NCBI GenBank assembly: GCA_050633305.1
Contig: JBOEGF010000014.1
Coordinates: 192,001-256,000 of the forward strand
Length of the DNA: 64,000 bases
DNA from: Nannocystales bacterium
Lineage (GTDB): Bacteria > Myxococcota_A > Polyangia > Nannocystales > Nannocystaceae
Direction: 5' to 3'
A model generated the notes under the pieces. That model made no database searches. It saw nothing but the letters and a program-made list of their open reading frames with translations, and had not been told where the DNA came from. Positions 37,421-46,468 of this stretch are shown here, one piece after another. Each line of letters opens with the position of its first letter. Position 1 is the first letter of the stretch. The translations under genes were made by a program, and so were the position numbers.

Positions 37421-38551
37421 ATGTCGAACGTGCCGCGACCCGATCTGCCCCATGTGATCGTTGTGGGCGGAGGCACGGCCGGACTGGCCAGCGCGTGGCA
37501 GATCGCCGAACGCGGGGCGTCCGTGACGGTGCTCGATCCGAGGGTGCCGCCCCATGACGAGGGGAGCCACGGCGGGTTCACTCGGGTGACTCGTCACGCG
37601 TACCACGAAGGCACGTCCTACGTACCGCTGGTCCGGGAGGCCGATGCGCTTTGGTGCTCGCTCGAAGACGAGGCCGGAGACCTCTTGGTCCGCACGGGCA
37701 TGATCGAGTTTGGTCCGCCGGACGAGCCCGAGTTCATCGGGGTTCTCGAGGCATGCAACGCCTTCGAGATCGAGCACCGCCTTCTCGGGGGAGCAGAGCT
37801 TCGCGAGACGTACCCGTTCGTGGTTCCCGATCACTGGCGCGGTTGTTGGACCCCCTGTGCTGGTTACCTCCGGGTCCCGGGGTGCCTGAGCGCGATGCGG
37901 TCGCGCGCGGAGGCTCTGGGGGTCCGCGTTTGCTCCGGCGCGCGGGCCGTGGCGATCGAACCCGGCCGTGTGGTCCTCGAGGATTCCGTGCTGGCAGCGG
38001 ACGCCATCGTTCTTGCAGCCGGAGCGCGTACCCCTGCGCTGCTTCCCGACCCTGGGGTGCACTTGTCTCCCTTGCGCCGGGTGATGTTTTGGCTTCGTCC
38101 GACCGTGGTGCCGACGGGCTTGCCTGTATGGGGCGCCCTGACGGCCGGCGGATTCTTCTACGGGTTCCCACCGGGCGACGAAGGACTCAGCGGGCTCAAA
38201 GTCGCGTGCCATACCAGCGCAGCGATACCGGGCCTCGACGATCCGGTGGACCCCGACGACCTCGAGCGCCGCGTCCGGCCGGAAGACTGGGCACCGGTGG
38301 AGGAATTCCTGCAGGCGTTCATGCCCAGCGTGGGGGTCGACCGTGTCGAGCACCGGGTGTGCATGTATGGGGCGACGGCCTCCCGGGACTTTCTCGTGGA
38401 CCGTCATCCGAGCATCCCGGGACTCGTGGTGGCTTCCGGTCTTTCTGGGCACGGCTTCAAGTTCGCCCCCGCGATCGGCAGGCTCGTTGCGGACTTGGTC
38501 CTCTCCGATGCGGAGCCGCAGCCCGAGTTTGCTTGGGCGAAACACGGATAG
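37421..38551 (+). CDS. solA: N-methyl-L-tryptophan/monomeric sarcosine oxidase-family flavoenzyme
   Basis: VVGGGTAG, HDEGSHGGFTRVTR, FYGFP, CMY (flavinylation Cys), SGHGFKFAP. Confidence 0.85.
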   Translation: MSNVPRPDLPHVIVVGGGTAGLASAWQIAERGASVTVLDPRVPPHDEGSHGGFTRVTRHAYHEGTSYVPLVREADALWCSLEDEAGDLLVRTGMIEFGPPDEPEFIGVLEACNAFEIEHRLLGGAELRETYPFVVPDHWRGCWTPCAGYLRVPGCLSAMRSRAEALGVRVCSGARAVAIEPGRVVLEDSVLAADAIVLAAGARTPALLPDPGVHLSPLRRVMFWLRPTVVPTGLPVWGALTAGGFFYGFPPGDEGLSGLKVACHTSAAIPGLDDPVDPDDLERRVRPEDWAPVEEFLQAFMPSVGVDRVEHRVCMYGATASRDFLVDRHPSIPGLVVASGLSGHGFKFAPAIGRLVADLVLSDAEPQPEFAWAKHG

Positions 38552-38566
38552 CGTTACACTCCCGCG

Positions 38567-40294
38567 ATGGATGCGGCGCTGAACAACGAAGCGGTCGAGA
38601 ACCTCGTATCGCAGTTCAGCTCGTCGCTCGACTTCTACCGGGAGCTGGTTCAGAACAGCATCGACGCCGGGAGTTCCGCCGTGGAGATCTGGATGGAGTT
38701 CGAGCCCGGCGACGGGGTCGAGGGGACCATCTCGATCCATGTCGACGATTTTGGCGAGGGGATGAACGAGGAGATCATCGACGGGCAGCTCACCAAGCTG
38801 TTCTCGTCCACCAAGGAGAACGACCTCACCAAGATCGGGAAGTTCGGGATCGGTTTCGTTTCCGTCTTTGCGCTGCAGCCCAAGGGGGTCCTCATTCACA
38901 CGGGGAGGGACGGGGAGTGCTGGGAGGTCTTCTTCGACGCAGACCGGTCGTTCGTGAAGGGGCGCTTGGACATTCCGGTCGAGGGAACGCAGATCACCAT
39001 GTTTGTCGAAGGCGGCCGTGGTCGCTACCGGGAGTTGGTGCGCGGCACCCGGGAGTCGCTGCGCAAGTGGTGCTCCCACTCGGACACGGAGATCTCGTTC
39101 GAAGACCGCAGCCCCGTCGGTGTCGACGAGGGCGGGTGCGAGCCGATCAACGCGCCCTTTGAGGTCTCCGCGGACATCACGGCTCGCGTCAACCGCCCCG
39201 GAACCGAGATCTCGGTCGGTTTCTCCCACGCGCCCGTGTACGGCTTCTACAACAAGGGGCTCGCACTCGCGGTGACGACCGCGGGGCACGAGATCTTGGA
39301 GCAGCGTGCGAGCCGGTTCGGGCACATCGGGTTCAAGATCAAGTCCCGCTACCTGGAACACACGCTGTCTCGCGAGACGGTGATGCGAGACGCGAACTTC
39401 GACAAGGCGATGGAGATGTTGCTCGACGCGGTGACGGGTCCGCTGCGCGACGCGCTTCTCGATGAGTTGGAGGCGCTGTGCAAGCTGGAGGACTGGACGC
39501 TTGCCGACCGCACCCGCTACCAGACCGCGATGGGCTACCTCGCTTCGGAGCCTCGGGCCAGCCTCGAGGCGCTCGGACCACGGGCAGTCCTTCGGACGGT
39601 CGACGGCCGTGGACTTCCGCTCAGCGATGCGAAGCGAGCCTTCGACCGAGACGGCCGGGTGTTCGTGGCCGATGCCCCGTCCTCGCTCACGGCGACGCTG
39701 GCTCGGCAGGACGTCCCGGTCTTCCTCGGGGGCGGGACCCGGTTGATGGAGTCGTTGCAAGAACCCGTCTCACGGGTGTTGTCCGGGTTCCTGTGGTTGC
39801 GTTGGAGGTCCGAACCATCCGGGCTTGCACGTCGCGCGGTCGGGCAGGACTTGTTGGCGCACGTCGAGGGGAGTGTGGTCCACCCCGAGTCCGCGTTCGT
39901 CCACGCGCGGCCGCTCTCGAAGGTGACGGCCGACGTGAAGGGAATGGTCGAGGATACGGCGGCCACGTTGCGCGCGGCGAAGCAGCGCTACGGAGAGATT
40001 GTTGCGGGCACGCTGGAGGGGAGCCCCGAGCATCCCTGCCTGTTCGCGATGGGTCCCGAGCTTGGGCCCCTCATGCAGCGCTCCGTGGCAGGGTTGTACG
40101 ACCGGGGATGGTTCGAACGACCCAACGTTGTCGTGAACACCGAGCATGGACATTTCCGCGAACTCCTCGAGCTGCGCCGAGTCGACCGTGCGATGGCGGC
40201 GTACTGTCTCGCCAAGTCGATCCTTCTCGACGAGAACCGAAACCTCGAAGACGACGACGCACTGGTCGAAGCGGCGATGGCGGTGACGCGATGA
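38567..40294 (+). CDS. Hsp90/HtpG-like GHKL ATPase protein
   Basis: FYRELVQNSIDAG, DDFGEGM, IGKFGIGFVSVF, GTQI, and C-terminal VVNTEH. Confidence 0.85.
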   Translation: MDAALNNEAVENLVSQFSSSLDFYRELVQNSIDAGSSAVEIWMEFEPGDGVEGTISIHVDDFGEGMNEEIIDGQLTKLFSSTKENDLTKIGKFGIGFVSVFALQPKGVLIHTGRDGECWEVFFDADRSFVKGRLDIPVEGTQITMFVEGGRGRYRELVRGTRESLRKWCSHSDTEISFEDRSPVGVDEGGCEPINAPFEVSADITARVNRPGTEISVGFSHAPVYGFYNKGLALAVTTAGHEILEQRASRFGHIGFKIKSRYLEHTLSRETVMRDANFDKAMEMLLDAVTGPLRDALLDELEALCKLEDWTLADRTRYQTAMGYLASEPRASLEALGPRAVLRTVDGRGLPLSDAKRAFDRDGRVFVADAPSSLTATLARQDVPVFLGGGTRLMESLQEPVSRVLSGFLWLRWRSEPSGLARRAVGQDLLAHVEGSVVHPESAFVHARPLSKVTADVKGMVEDTAATLRAAKQRYGEIVAGTLEGSPEHPCLFAMGPELGPLMQRSVAGLYDRGWFERPNVVVNTEHGHFRELLELRRVDRAMAAYCLAKSILLDENRNLEDDDALVEAAMAVTR

Positions 40295-43200
40295 GCTCCA
40301 TCTCCGCAGTCATCGAGCGCGCCCGAGCCGGGGGCGTCTACACCGAGAAGAAGCGCTTCACCATCGCGAGAGGACGAGCCATTGAGAAGATGCGCCGGTT
40401 CGCGCTCGCGGATCCGTATTTCTACATCCTCGAGCTCATTCAAGCTGCTGTTGCGAACGACGCGGAGTACATCGAGATCTCGACCGATGACGGCGAGATG
40501 ACGCTTGCGTACGTCGGCGGGGGCTTGAAGAAGGACGACCTGGCGAACCTGTTCGACTACCTGTTCGCTTCGAAGGACCGCGCCGACATCGGCCATCTGC
40601 GGGAACTGGCGCTGGGCATCAACGCGGCGCTGCTGTTCAAACCGGACCGCGTGATCGTGGAATCTGGCGACGGAACGCTTCAGGGCACCACGCGGATGGA
40701 GATGCACGGCGCCCACGACGGGGTCGACATCGGCACCCCCGAGCGCGCTCTCACCGGCACATTCATCCGAATCGAAGGGATGTCTCGCGGAAAGCTCCCG
40801 AAGGTCTTGCAGCGGATTCTCGACCTCGGCGACCGTCCTCGAGAGTTCGATGTGGTCGATGTTCGCTGTCTCGCGGCGCCGGTCCCCATCATCCTCAACC
40901 ACGACTCGTTGTTTGGGTTCTCGGCTCAGCGAACCCCGGGGATGCTGGGCTACCGCCGGACGCTGTCGTTCGACGAGGGGGACCTCTACGGCACGCTTGC
41001 GTTGGCGAACGCGGGAACTCGAAGCGAGTTCGATCTGCTGATGTGGGGCGTCCTGATTCAGTCGCGCGAGCATGATTTGGTGCGCGGCACGTCCCTTGCG
41101 GGAATCGTTTGCTTCGACCGGCTGCGGAAGACCGCGGACCACTCAGGAATCGTCGACGACGAGCGAATGGCCGAGATGTGGGCGCGCTTGCAGCCCTACG
41201 CGCACGAGCTGATTCACGGCAACAGCGCTCGCGGCATCACGACGCTGACGCAGCTCGATGGCACGCTTGTCCCCGCAACTGAGGTCCGCCCGATGGTTCG
41301 AGAGAACCGTCGCGTCATTCTGACGCCCCCACGAACGGTCGACTCGGAGCACGACCGCGGGATTGCGCGTGAGATCAGTCGTCGGCTCGGCGCACCGGTG
41401 TTCTGCGGCCACGAGTCGATGGCCTCATCGCTTCGCGCGATGTCGGCAGGTGCGCTGTCGGTGGTTTCGTTCGATCCCGCGAACGCGAGCGATGTCGCGG
41501 CGCTCCGCCAGAGCGAGTCCGAACCGCCCGCGCGTCCGTGGCTCACCCCCGTGATCGACCTCGAGCCGCTGACGACGGCCGACGTGTTGGCGCGTATTAT
41601 CGGAGTCCACCGTGCGTACGATGCGGATGACCCGGCCGTTCAAGCCGAAGCCCGCAACAAGGCGTGGTGGCTCGGGACGGGCGGCAACGTCAACGCGGCG
41701 GTGTTCACCCCACAAAGCGTTCGCTCGACGGATGCCCTGACCGTGGAAGTGCTGACCACGCAACGTCTGCTGTGGTCGGGCTCGTTGCCGTCCTCGCATC
41801 CTGGGCATGTCCTCCGCATCGAGCTCCCCGACGCCAAGCCATCGGTGTTGGTTTCCAAGCGTCTCAAAGGCACCCAGGACGCGCTGTGTCTCGACGTGGC
41901 GCGCGTGATGGCCGTTCATGCGGCTCCAGCGCTGCGCCGGGCAGCGGGGCGTGCTGTAGAGAGTCTGTCGGACCGCGACGTTCAACCTCGGACGCCCGCA
42001 GCGGCGCTGGCTCTGCGTGCGGCGGTGCGGACCTGCGTCCCGAGGTTGGGAACCACAGACGAGGGCAAGCCGAGGGTGGTGCTCGAGCAGATCGATGCCA
42101 ACCACCTCGACCTGCGCAACCTCCCGCTGTTCCGGACCTTGGGCGGCGGTGCGCTGTCGCTTCAACAGGTCGCGGCCGCGATGAGCCGGTGTGAGGGCCT
42201 GATCTACGGGGTGCTTGAGGGCGTGCCGGCCTCGCTCGAAGGACTCGACACCTCCGAGGTGCTGTCCTTGGACCTTGAAGAAGAACGGCGAGTCATCCAG
42301 ATCTTCGGGGAGAGCTCCTACATTCGCATCGATGAGCGAGAGGTTCTCGCTCAGCACGGGGAGGCCTGTGTTCGGGACATCGCCGTCGGGCTCCGCTCGT
42401 ACCCCGACCATCCGCTACTGGTCGAGGTGGGTGACCCCGCTGCTCACGAGGCCGAGCTGGTCCGGGGACTGATCGATCGTTTTGTCGGTCGGAGCCCAAC
42501 GGCGCCACCAGAAACCTGGCCACGCGAGGCATGGCAAGAGTGCCGGCGCCACGCCGGGCGCATTCTCCAGCACTACGTGTGTGAGCTCCTGCGACGCGGT
42601 CTGGAAACCCCCGTGCCTGAGGTGTTCGAGCTGCCGCTGTTTCTCGATCCGGACGACGGCGCGTTCTGTGTCGCGGGGGTTGTCGACGCGATGCGTCGCC
42701 CCGGTGGCCTGCCGCTGGTCTACGGGCATGCGTTTGGTGGTGCCGAACTCGGCGCGCTCGCCAAGGCGAGTGAATCGGAGACCGCAGCATCTGGCATGCC
42801 CTACACGCTCGCCGCGTCGAGTTCGCTGCATCACGTGCTCGCGCGGCTGGGCCCCGTACGGGTGGCGTTTGACTTCGACCTGACCCACGGTGATGCCGAG
42901 GCGTCGACGAAACCACAGGCGTGGCTCCGTTCGACTGTCGTCGAGGCCGCGGGGGTCGAGGGGGTCGTCGGCATTCCCCGCGAACCTGTGGGGCACCCCG
43001 ACATCGCCGTGTTGCTCCCCGATGGCGGCCGGTCTCGGGCCCTCGCTTCGCTTGCGGTCGAGTACGGGTGTGTGGGTTGGATCCGACTCGATGCCAACGC
43101 GCAATGGGATGAGTCGAATCTTGCGGAGCTGGAGCGTGGGGTTCGCGAAGCATGCGAAGCCTGCTTGCAGTCGATCTTTGTCGACCTCGCGCGTGGAGAG

Positions 43201-43893
43201 TCCATCCCCCAGCGAGAGCGGTGCGAGAGCTTGCTGCTCGACCACGCCGCGCGTCATCTGTCCCTCATCACTCAGACGGATCTCCAGCCGCGCGCCACGG
43301 TCAGCTCCGACCTCGCCGACCGTATCCTGACGATGCCGTTGTTCAGCGCGACTCACGGAGAGGCGATGACGGGGTGGAGAGTCATTCGGGTGTTCTGCGC
43401 GGAGTTTGCGACCGCGCCCAGCCGAGCCCGTGACGCTGTCCTCGAGTTGACCCGCGAGGATCTCTCCGCGCATGCTCGGAGCTGGATCGACCGGCACCTG
43501 CAGGAGGCTCGAGTGGTCATCAAGCCCGCCCCTCCACCTGCGCCTGCGCCTGTCGGCAACTGGGTTGGGCAGGATGCGGGCCTACTCCAAGACGCGGTGC
43601 TGCACTGGCTACGCGTTGCTGGAGGGCTGGAGTTCGTCACCCACGTCTGGGTGCACGGCCAAGACCTCGACGGGTTGTGCTCGCTGGAGGGGAGCAGCGT
43701 GTTCATCAACCCCGCACATCCGCGGACCACCACCGCGCGACAGCTGCGCACTCCCGCGTCGTTGGCGTGGTTGCTCCTGGGCGTCTTCGCCCACATCAAC
43801 ACCCGGGCGGGTGACGTGGAGAATCGGCACGAGCGAGCGTTTCAGCTCGAAGTCGCGGGTGCCCTTCGAGAGGGTCGGCTCGCCTGGTCCTGA
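40291..43893 (+). CDS. large Hsp90/GHKL-like protein with degenerate ATP-binding site (1200 aa)
   Basis: ILELIQAAVAN, YVGGGL, LALGINAA, GTFIRI, and C-terminal FINPAHP. Starts with an ATGA overlap. Confidence 0.8.
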   Translation: MSSISAVIERARAGGVYTEKKRFTIARGRAIEKMRRFALADPYFYILELIQAAVANDAEYIEISTDDGEMTLAYVGGGLKKDDLANLFDYLFASKDRADIGHLRELALGINAALLFKPDRVIVESGDGTLQGTTRMEMHGAHDGVDIGTPERALTGTFIRIEGMSRGKLPKVLQRILDLGDRPREFDVVDVRCLAAPVPIILNHDSLFGFSAQRTPGMLGYRRTLSFDEGDLYGTLALANAGTRSEFDLLMWGVLIQSREHDLVRGTSLAGIVCFDRLRKTADHSGIVDDERMAEMWARLQPYAHELIHGNSARGITTLTQLDGTLVPATEVRPMVRENRRVILTPPRTVDSEHDRGIAREISRRLGAPVFCGHESMASSLRAMSAGALSVVSFDPANASDVAALRQSESEPPARPWLTPVIDLEPLTTADVLARIIGVHRAYDADDPAVQAEARNKAWWLGTGGNVNAAVFTPQSVRSTDALTVEVLTTQRLLWSGSLPSSHPGHVLRIELPDAKPSVLVSKRLKGTQDALCLDVARVMAVHAAPALRRAAGRAVESLSDRDVQPRTPAAALALRAAVRTCVPRLGTTDEGKPRVVLEQIDANHLDLRNLPLFRTLGGGALSLQQVAAAMSRCEGLIYGVLEGVPASLEGLDTSEVLSLDLEEERRVIQIFGESSYIRIDEREVLAQHGEACVRDIAVGLRSYPDHPLLVEVGDPAAHEAELVRGLIDRFVGRSPTAPPETWPREAWQECRRHAGRILQHYVCELLRRGLETPVPEVFELPLFLDPDDGAFCVAGVVDAMRRPGGLPLVYGHAFGGAELGALAKASESETAASGMPYTLAASSSLHHVLARLGPVRVAFDFDLTHGDAEASTKPQAWLRSTVVEAAGVEGVVGIPREPVGHPDIAVLLPDGGRSRALASLAVEYGCVGWIRLDANAQWDESNLAELERGVREACEACLQSIFVDLARGESIPQRERCESLLLDHAARHLSLITQTDLQPRATVSSDLADRILTMPLFSATHGEAMTGWRVIRVFCAEFATAPSRARDAVLELTREDLSAHARSWIDRHLQEARVVIKPAPPPAPAPVGNWVGQDAGLLQDAVLHWLRVAGGLEFVTHVWVHGQDLDGLCSLEGSSVFINPAHPRTTTARQLRTPASLAWLLLGVFAHINTRAGDVENRHERAFQLEVAGALREGRLAWS

Positions 43894-43895
43894 AC

Positions 43896-44255
43896 TCAGC
43901 CGGTGGAGGCGCCGCCAGCGGCTCGGATGCGGGCGTGCAGTCGAGCCATCTCGCTACGGGTCAGTAGACCCGAGAGAAGGTCGCTGATCGTCTTGCCCTC
44001 CTCGAGAGGGTGCCGCAGCGGCGTGGAGAGGCTGAGCGTGTAGTGATTGCGCCGGCCCTCGCGCTCCTTGACCACCACGCCTGCCGTGGTCAGTTCTCCG
44101 ACGATGCGATGGATGGCACGCTCGGTGACCCCGACCTGCTCCGCGACCTCCCGAAGCGTGATGTCCGGATCGCGCGCGAGGCAGACGAGCACATGGGCGT
44201 AGTTGCTGAGAAACGTCCAGCTGTGTTCGGCGGCTCCCTTGTCCTTCGGCTTCAC
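43896..44255 (-). CDS. winged helix-turn-helix transcriptional regulator
   Basis: WTFLSNYAHVLVCLARDPDITLREVAEQVGVTERAIHRIV...REGRRNHY...LRHPLE. Confidence 0.9.
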   Translation of the reverse strand: MKPKDKGAAEHSWTFLSNYAHVLVCLARDPDITLREVAEQVGVTERAIHRIVGELTTAGVVVKEREGRRNHYTLSLSTPLRHPLEEGKTISDLLSGLLTRSEMARLHARIRAAGGASTG

Positions 44256-44294
44256 GGCTGAGCGTCTCCCCGCTCAATTTACGTTGACGCTGGA

Positions 44295-44337
44295 GTCATG
44301 TCAATATATACATGACATTGAGTTCATGTTTTGAACT
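44295..44337. promoter_or_regulatory. overlapping palindromes in an AT-rich divergent promoter (candidate operator)
   Basis: GTCATGT-N8-ACATGAC (44295-44316), CATGA-N8-TCATG (44311-44328), AGTTCA-N5-TGAACT (44321-44337). Confidence 0.5.
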
Positions 44338-44362
44338 TCAGGAAAGACGAGTCCTGATAAGA

Positions 44363-46468
44363 ATGACTGCACTCGACCGAGATGTTCCGCCCCGGGTGAT
44401 GGAGTCCGAGTACGCTGCGATCGCCCACGCGCTGGAGGTCGTGGCCGAGGCTGCTGGGAGCCCAGTTCGCGCCGAGGATGCGATGCGGGCGGTTCGTCGA
44501 TGTCGTAGGGCATGTGCCTCCTCGCTGGAGGCCGCCGAGGTTGCCGCGGCCGAGTTGGGTCTCAGCGTTCGTCGCCGCTCGCCACAAGCGGACAGGGTGG
44601 TCGCCATTCCGTCGGTGGCCGTGCTCGATGATGGCCGTTGGCTGGTCGCAACCGCTCGTCGTGGGCACCGGGTTTTGGTGTCGCTGGTCGACGCGCGCAC
44701 AGTCGCAGCGGAGACCCTGTCGTTCAAGGAGCTCGACACGCTGACCCGTGGCGGCGAAGTCCTGCACTTCTCGCCTCGGCTCGCGCTCCAGGATGTCTCG
44801 GCGCAGTCCCGCCCGAAGCTTCGGGGGCGGCCGTGGCTCCGTCTTCGTGCGTTCCTTGGCATCGAAAAACGCGACCTGGGTGTGGTGGCCGTCTATGCGG
44901 TTGTCATCGGGCTCCTGACGCTGGCCACTCCCGTCGCGGTGCAGGCGGTCGTCAACTCGGTTGCGTTCGGGTCGACGCTGCAGCCGTTGGTGGTCCTCAC
45001 GCTGTTGCTGTTCGGAGGCCTGTCGTTCTCCGCAATGCTTCGGTTGCTGGAAGCCTACGTGGTCGAGGTCCTGCAGCGCCGGTACTTCGTCCGTGTTGCG
45101 GACGACTTCGGCCGTCGTCTGGCGAGTGTCCCCGTGACCGAGCACGACAAGCGCTTCGGTCCGGAGTTGGTCAACCGATTCTTCGACATCGTCGCGGTCC
45201 AGAAGTCCCTGTCGACCCTGTTGCTGGACGGCCTCAGCCTCGCCCTGCAAACGGGCGTCGGCATGATCTTGCTCGGCTTCTACCACCCGCTCTTGCTGTC
45301 CTTCAACGCAGTGCTGGTGACGCTGCTGATCTTGGTGATCTTTCTCGGCCGCGGTGCTCTGCCGACCGCGAACAACGAGTCGGTGGCCAAGTACAAGGTC
45401 GGGGCATGGCTCGAGGATGTCGCGCGCGCACCTCGGTTGTTTGTGGGCGCGTCCGCACGAGACCACGCTTGGAACCGCTCAGACATCCTGGCACGGGACT
45501 ATGTCGCCGCGCGCAAGAGCCACTTTCGGGTGCTGTTGCGCCAGCTCTCCGGCGGGATGTTTCTGCAGGTCCTGGCCGTGGTCTCGCTCCTGGGCGTGGG
45601 GGGCTACTTGGTGCTGACTCGCCAGCTCACCTTGGGACAGCTCGTTGCGGCCGAGCTCATCGTCACGGCGATGGGGGCGGGGTTCAGCAAGGTCGGCAAG
45701 AACCTGGAGAAGTTCTACGACCTGGGGGTCGGGGTGATGAAGATCGGGGCGGTGCTGGATCAGCCGACGGAACGTGTCGGCGGGGAGCGTCCGCACGGCT
45801 CCGGCCCGTTGCAGATCTCGGCGGGAGCCGTCTCGGTGAGCCGGGGCGGGAGGACACTGATTCGCAACGTCACGCGCGACATCGAGGCCGGGTCCCGGGT
45901 GCTCATCGATGGCGATGCCGGGGTGGGCAAGACTTCGTTGCTCGAGGTCCTCGGCGGCGTTCGCATGCCGGCCGAGGGAGGCATTCAGCACGACGGCCTC
46001 GACCTTCGGCGGGCCGACCTCGGCTCCATCCGCGACTTCACCGTGGTGGTGGGCCAGCCCGAGTTCGTTGCGGCTTCGGTGCTGGACAATCTGTTCCTGG
46101 GCGGGGTGCCCCTGCCCGAGCCCGATACTCGTCGACTCCTGAGGTTGCTCGAGATGGAGGACGCTGTCGATGCGCTGCCCAAGGGACTCGACGAGCCGAT
46201 GACGCCGCATGGCAGCCCGTTTTCCGAGCGTCAGCAGCGGCGACTTTCCCTGATTCGTGGGATCGCACATCAACCACGAGCGCTGCTGATCGATCGCGGA
46301 CTCGACGGCCTGGCGCTCCCGGACGCGGCGATGGGGAGGCTGCTCGACGAGCTGTTCGATGGCACCGCGCCCTGGACGTTGGTGGTCGTCTCCGATGACG
46401 ACGCGGTTCGTCGTCGCTGCACTTCACGACTTCGCATCGTCGAGGGGGCGCTCGAGGTGGTGTCATGA
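44363..46468 (+). CDS. type I secretion-like ABC transporter (degenerate C39-like N-domain, degenerate NBD)
   Basis: LATPVAVQAVVN, ELVNRFFD, LTLGQLVAAEL, Walker A GDAGVGKTS; Walker B reads LLIDRG. Start uncertain. Confidence 0.85.
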   Translation: MTALDRDVPPRVMESEYAAIAHALEVVAEAAGSPVRAEDAMRAVRRCRRACASSLEAAEVAAAELGLSVRRRSPQADRVVAIPSVAVLDDGRWLVATARRGHRVLVSLVDARTVAAETLSFKELDTLTRGGEVLHFSPRLALQDVSAQSRPKLRGRPWLRLRAFLGIEKRDLGVVAVYAVVIGLLTLATPVAVQAVVNSVAFGSTLQPLVVLTLLLFGGLSFSAMLRLLEAYVVEVLQRRYFVRVADDFGRRLASVPVTEHDKRFGPELVNRFFDIVAVQKSLSTLLLDGLSLALQTGVGMILLGFYHPLLLSFNAVLVTLLILVIFLGRGALPTANNESVAKYKVGAWLEDVARAPRLFVGASARDHAWNRSDILARDYVAARKSHFRVLLRQLSGGMFLQVLAVVSLLGVGGYLVLTRQLTLGQLVAAELIVTAMGAGFSKVGKNLEKFYDLGVGVMKIGAVLDQPTERVGGERPHGSGPLQISAGAVSVSRGGRTLIRNVTRDIEAGSRVLIDGDAGVGKTSLLEVLGGVRMPAEGGIQHDGLDLRRADLGSIRDFTVVVGQPEFVAASVLDNLFLGGVPLPEPDTRRLLRLLEMEDAVDALPKGLDEPMTPHGSPFSERQQRRLSLIRGIAHQPRALLIDRGLDGLALPDAAMGRLLDELFDGTAPWTLVVVSDDDAVRRRCTSRLRIVEGALEVVS

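Noticed and set aside
37400..39760. N-terminal 787 aa of the 1186-aa minus-strand ORF 36200..39760
   Set aside because: Antisense shadow of solA and the GHKL gene. The real RCC1 lipoprotein starts at 37399 with a signal peptide.
39478..40290. N-terminal extension of the 1471-aa ORF
   Set aside because: Out-of-frame overlap with the first Hsp90-like gene and Arg-rich nonsense composition. The true start is the ATG at 40291.
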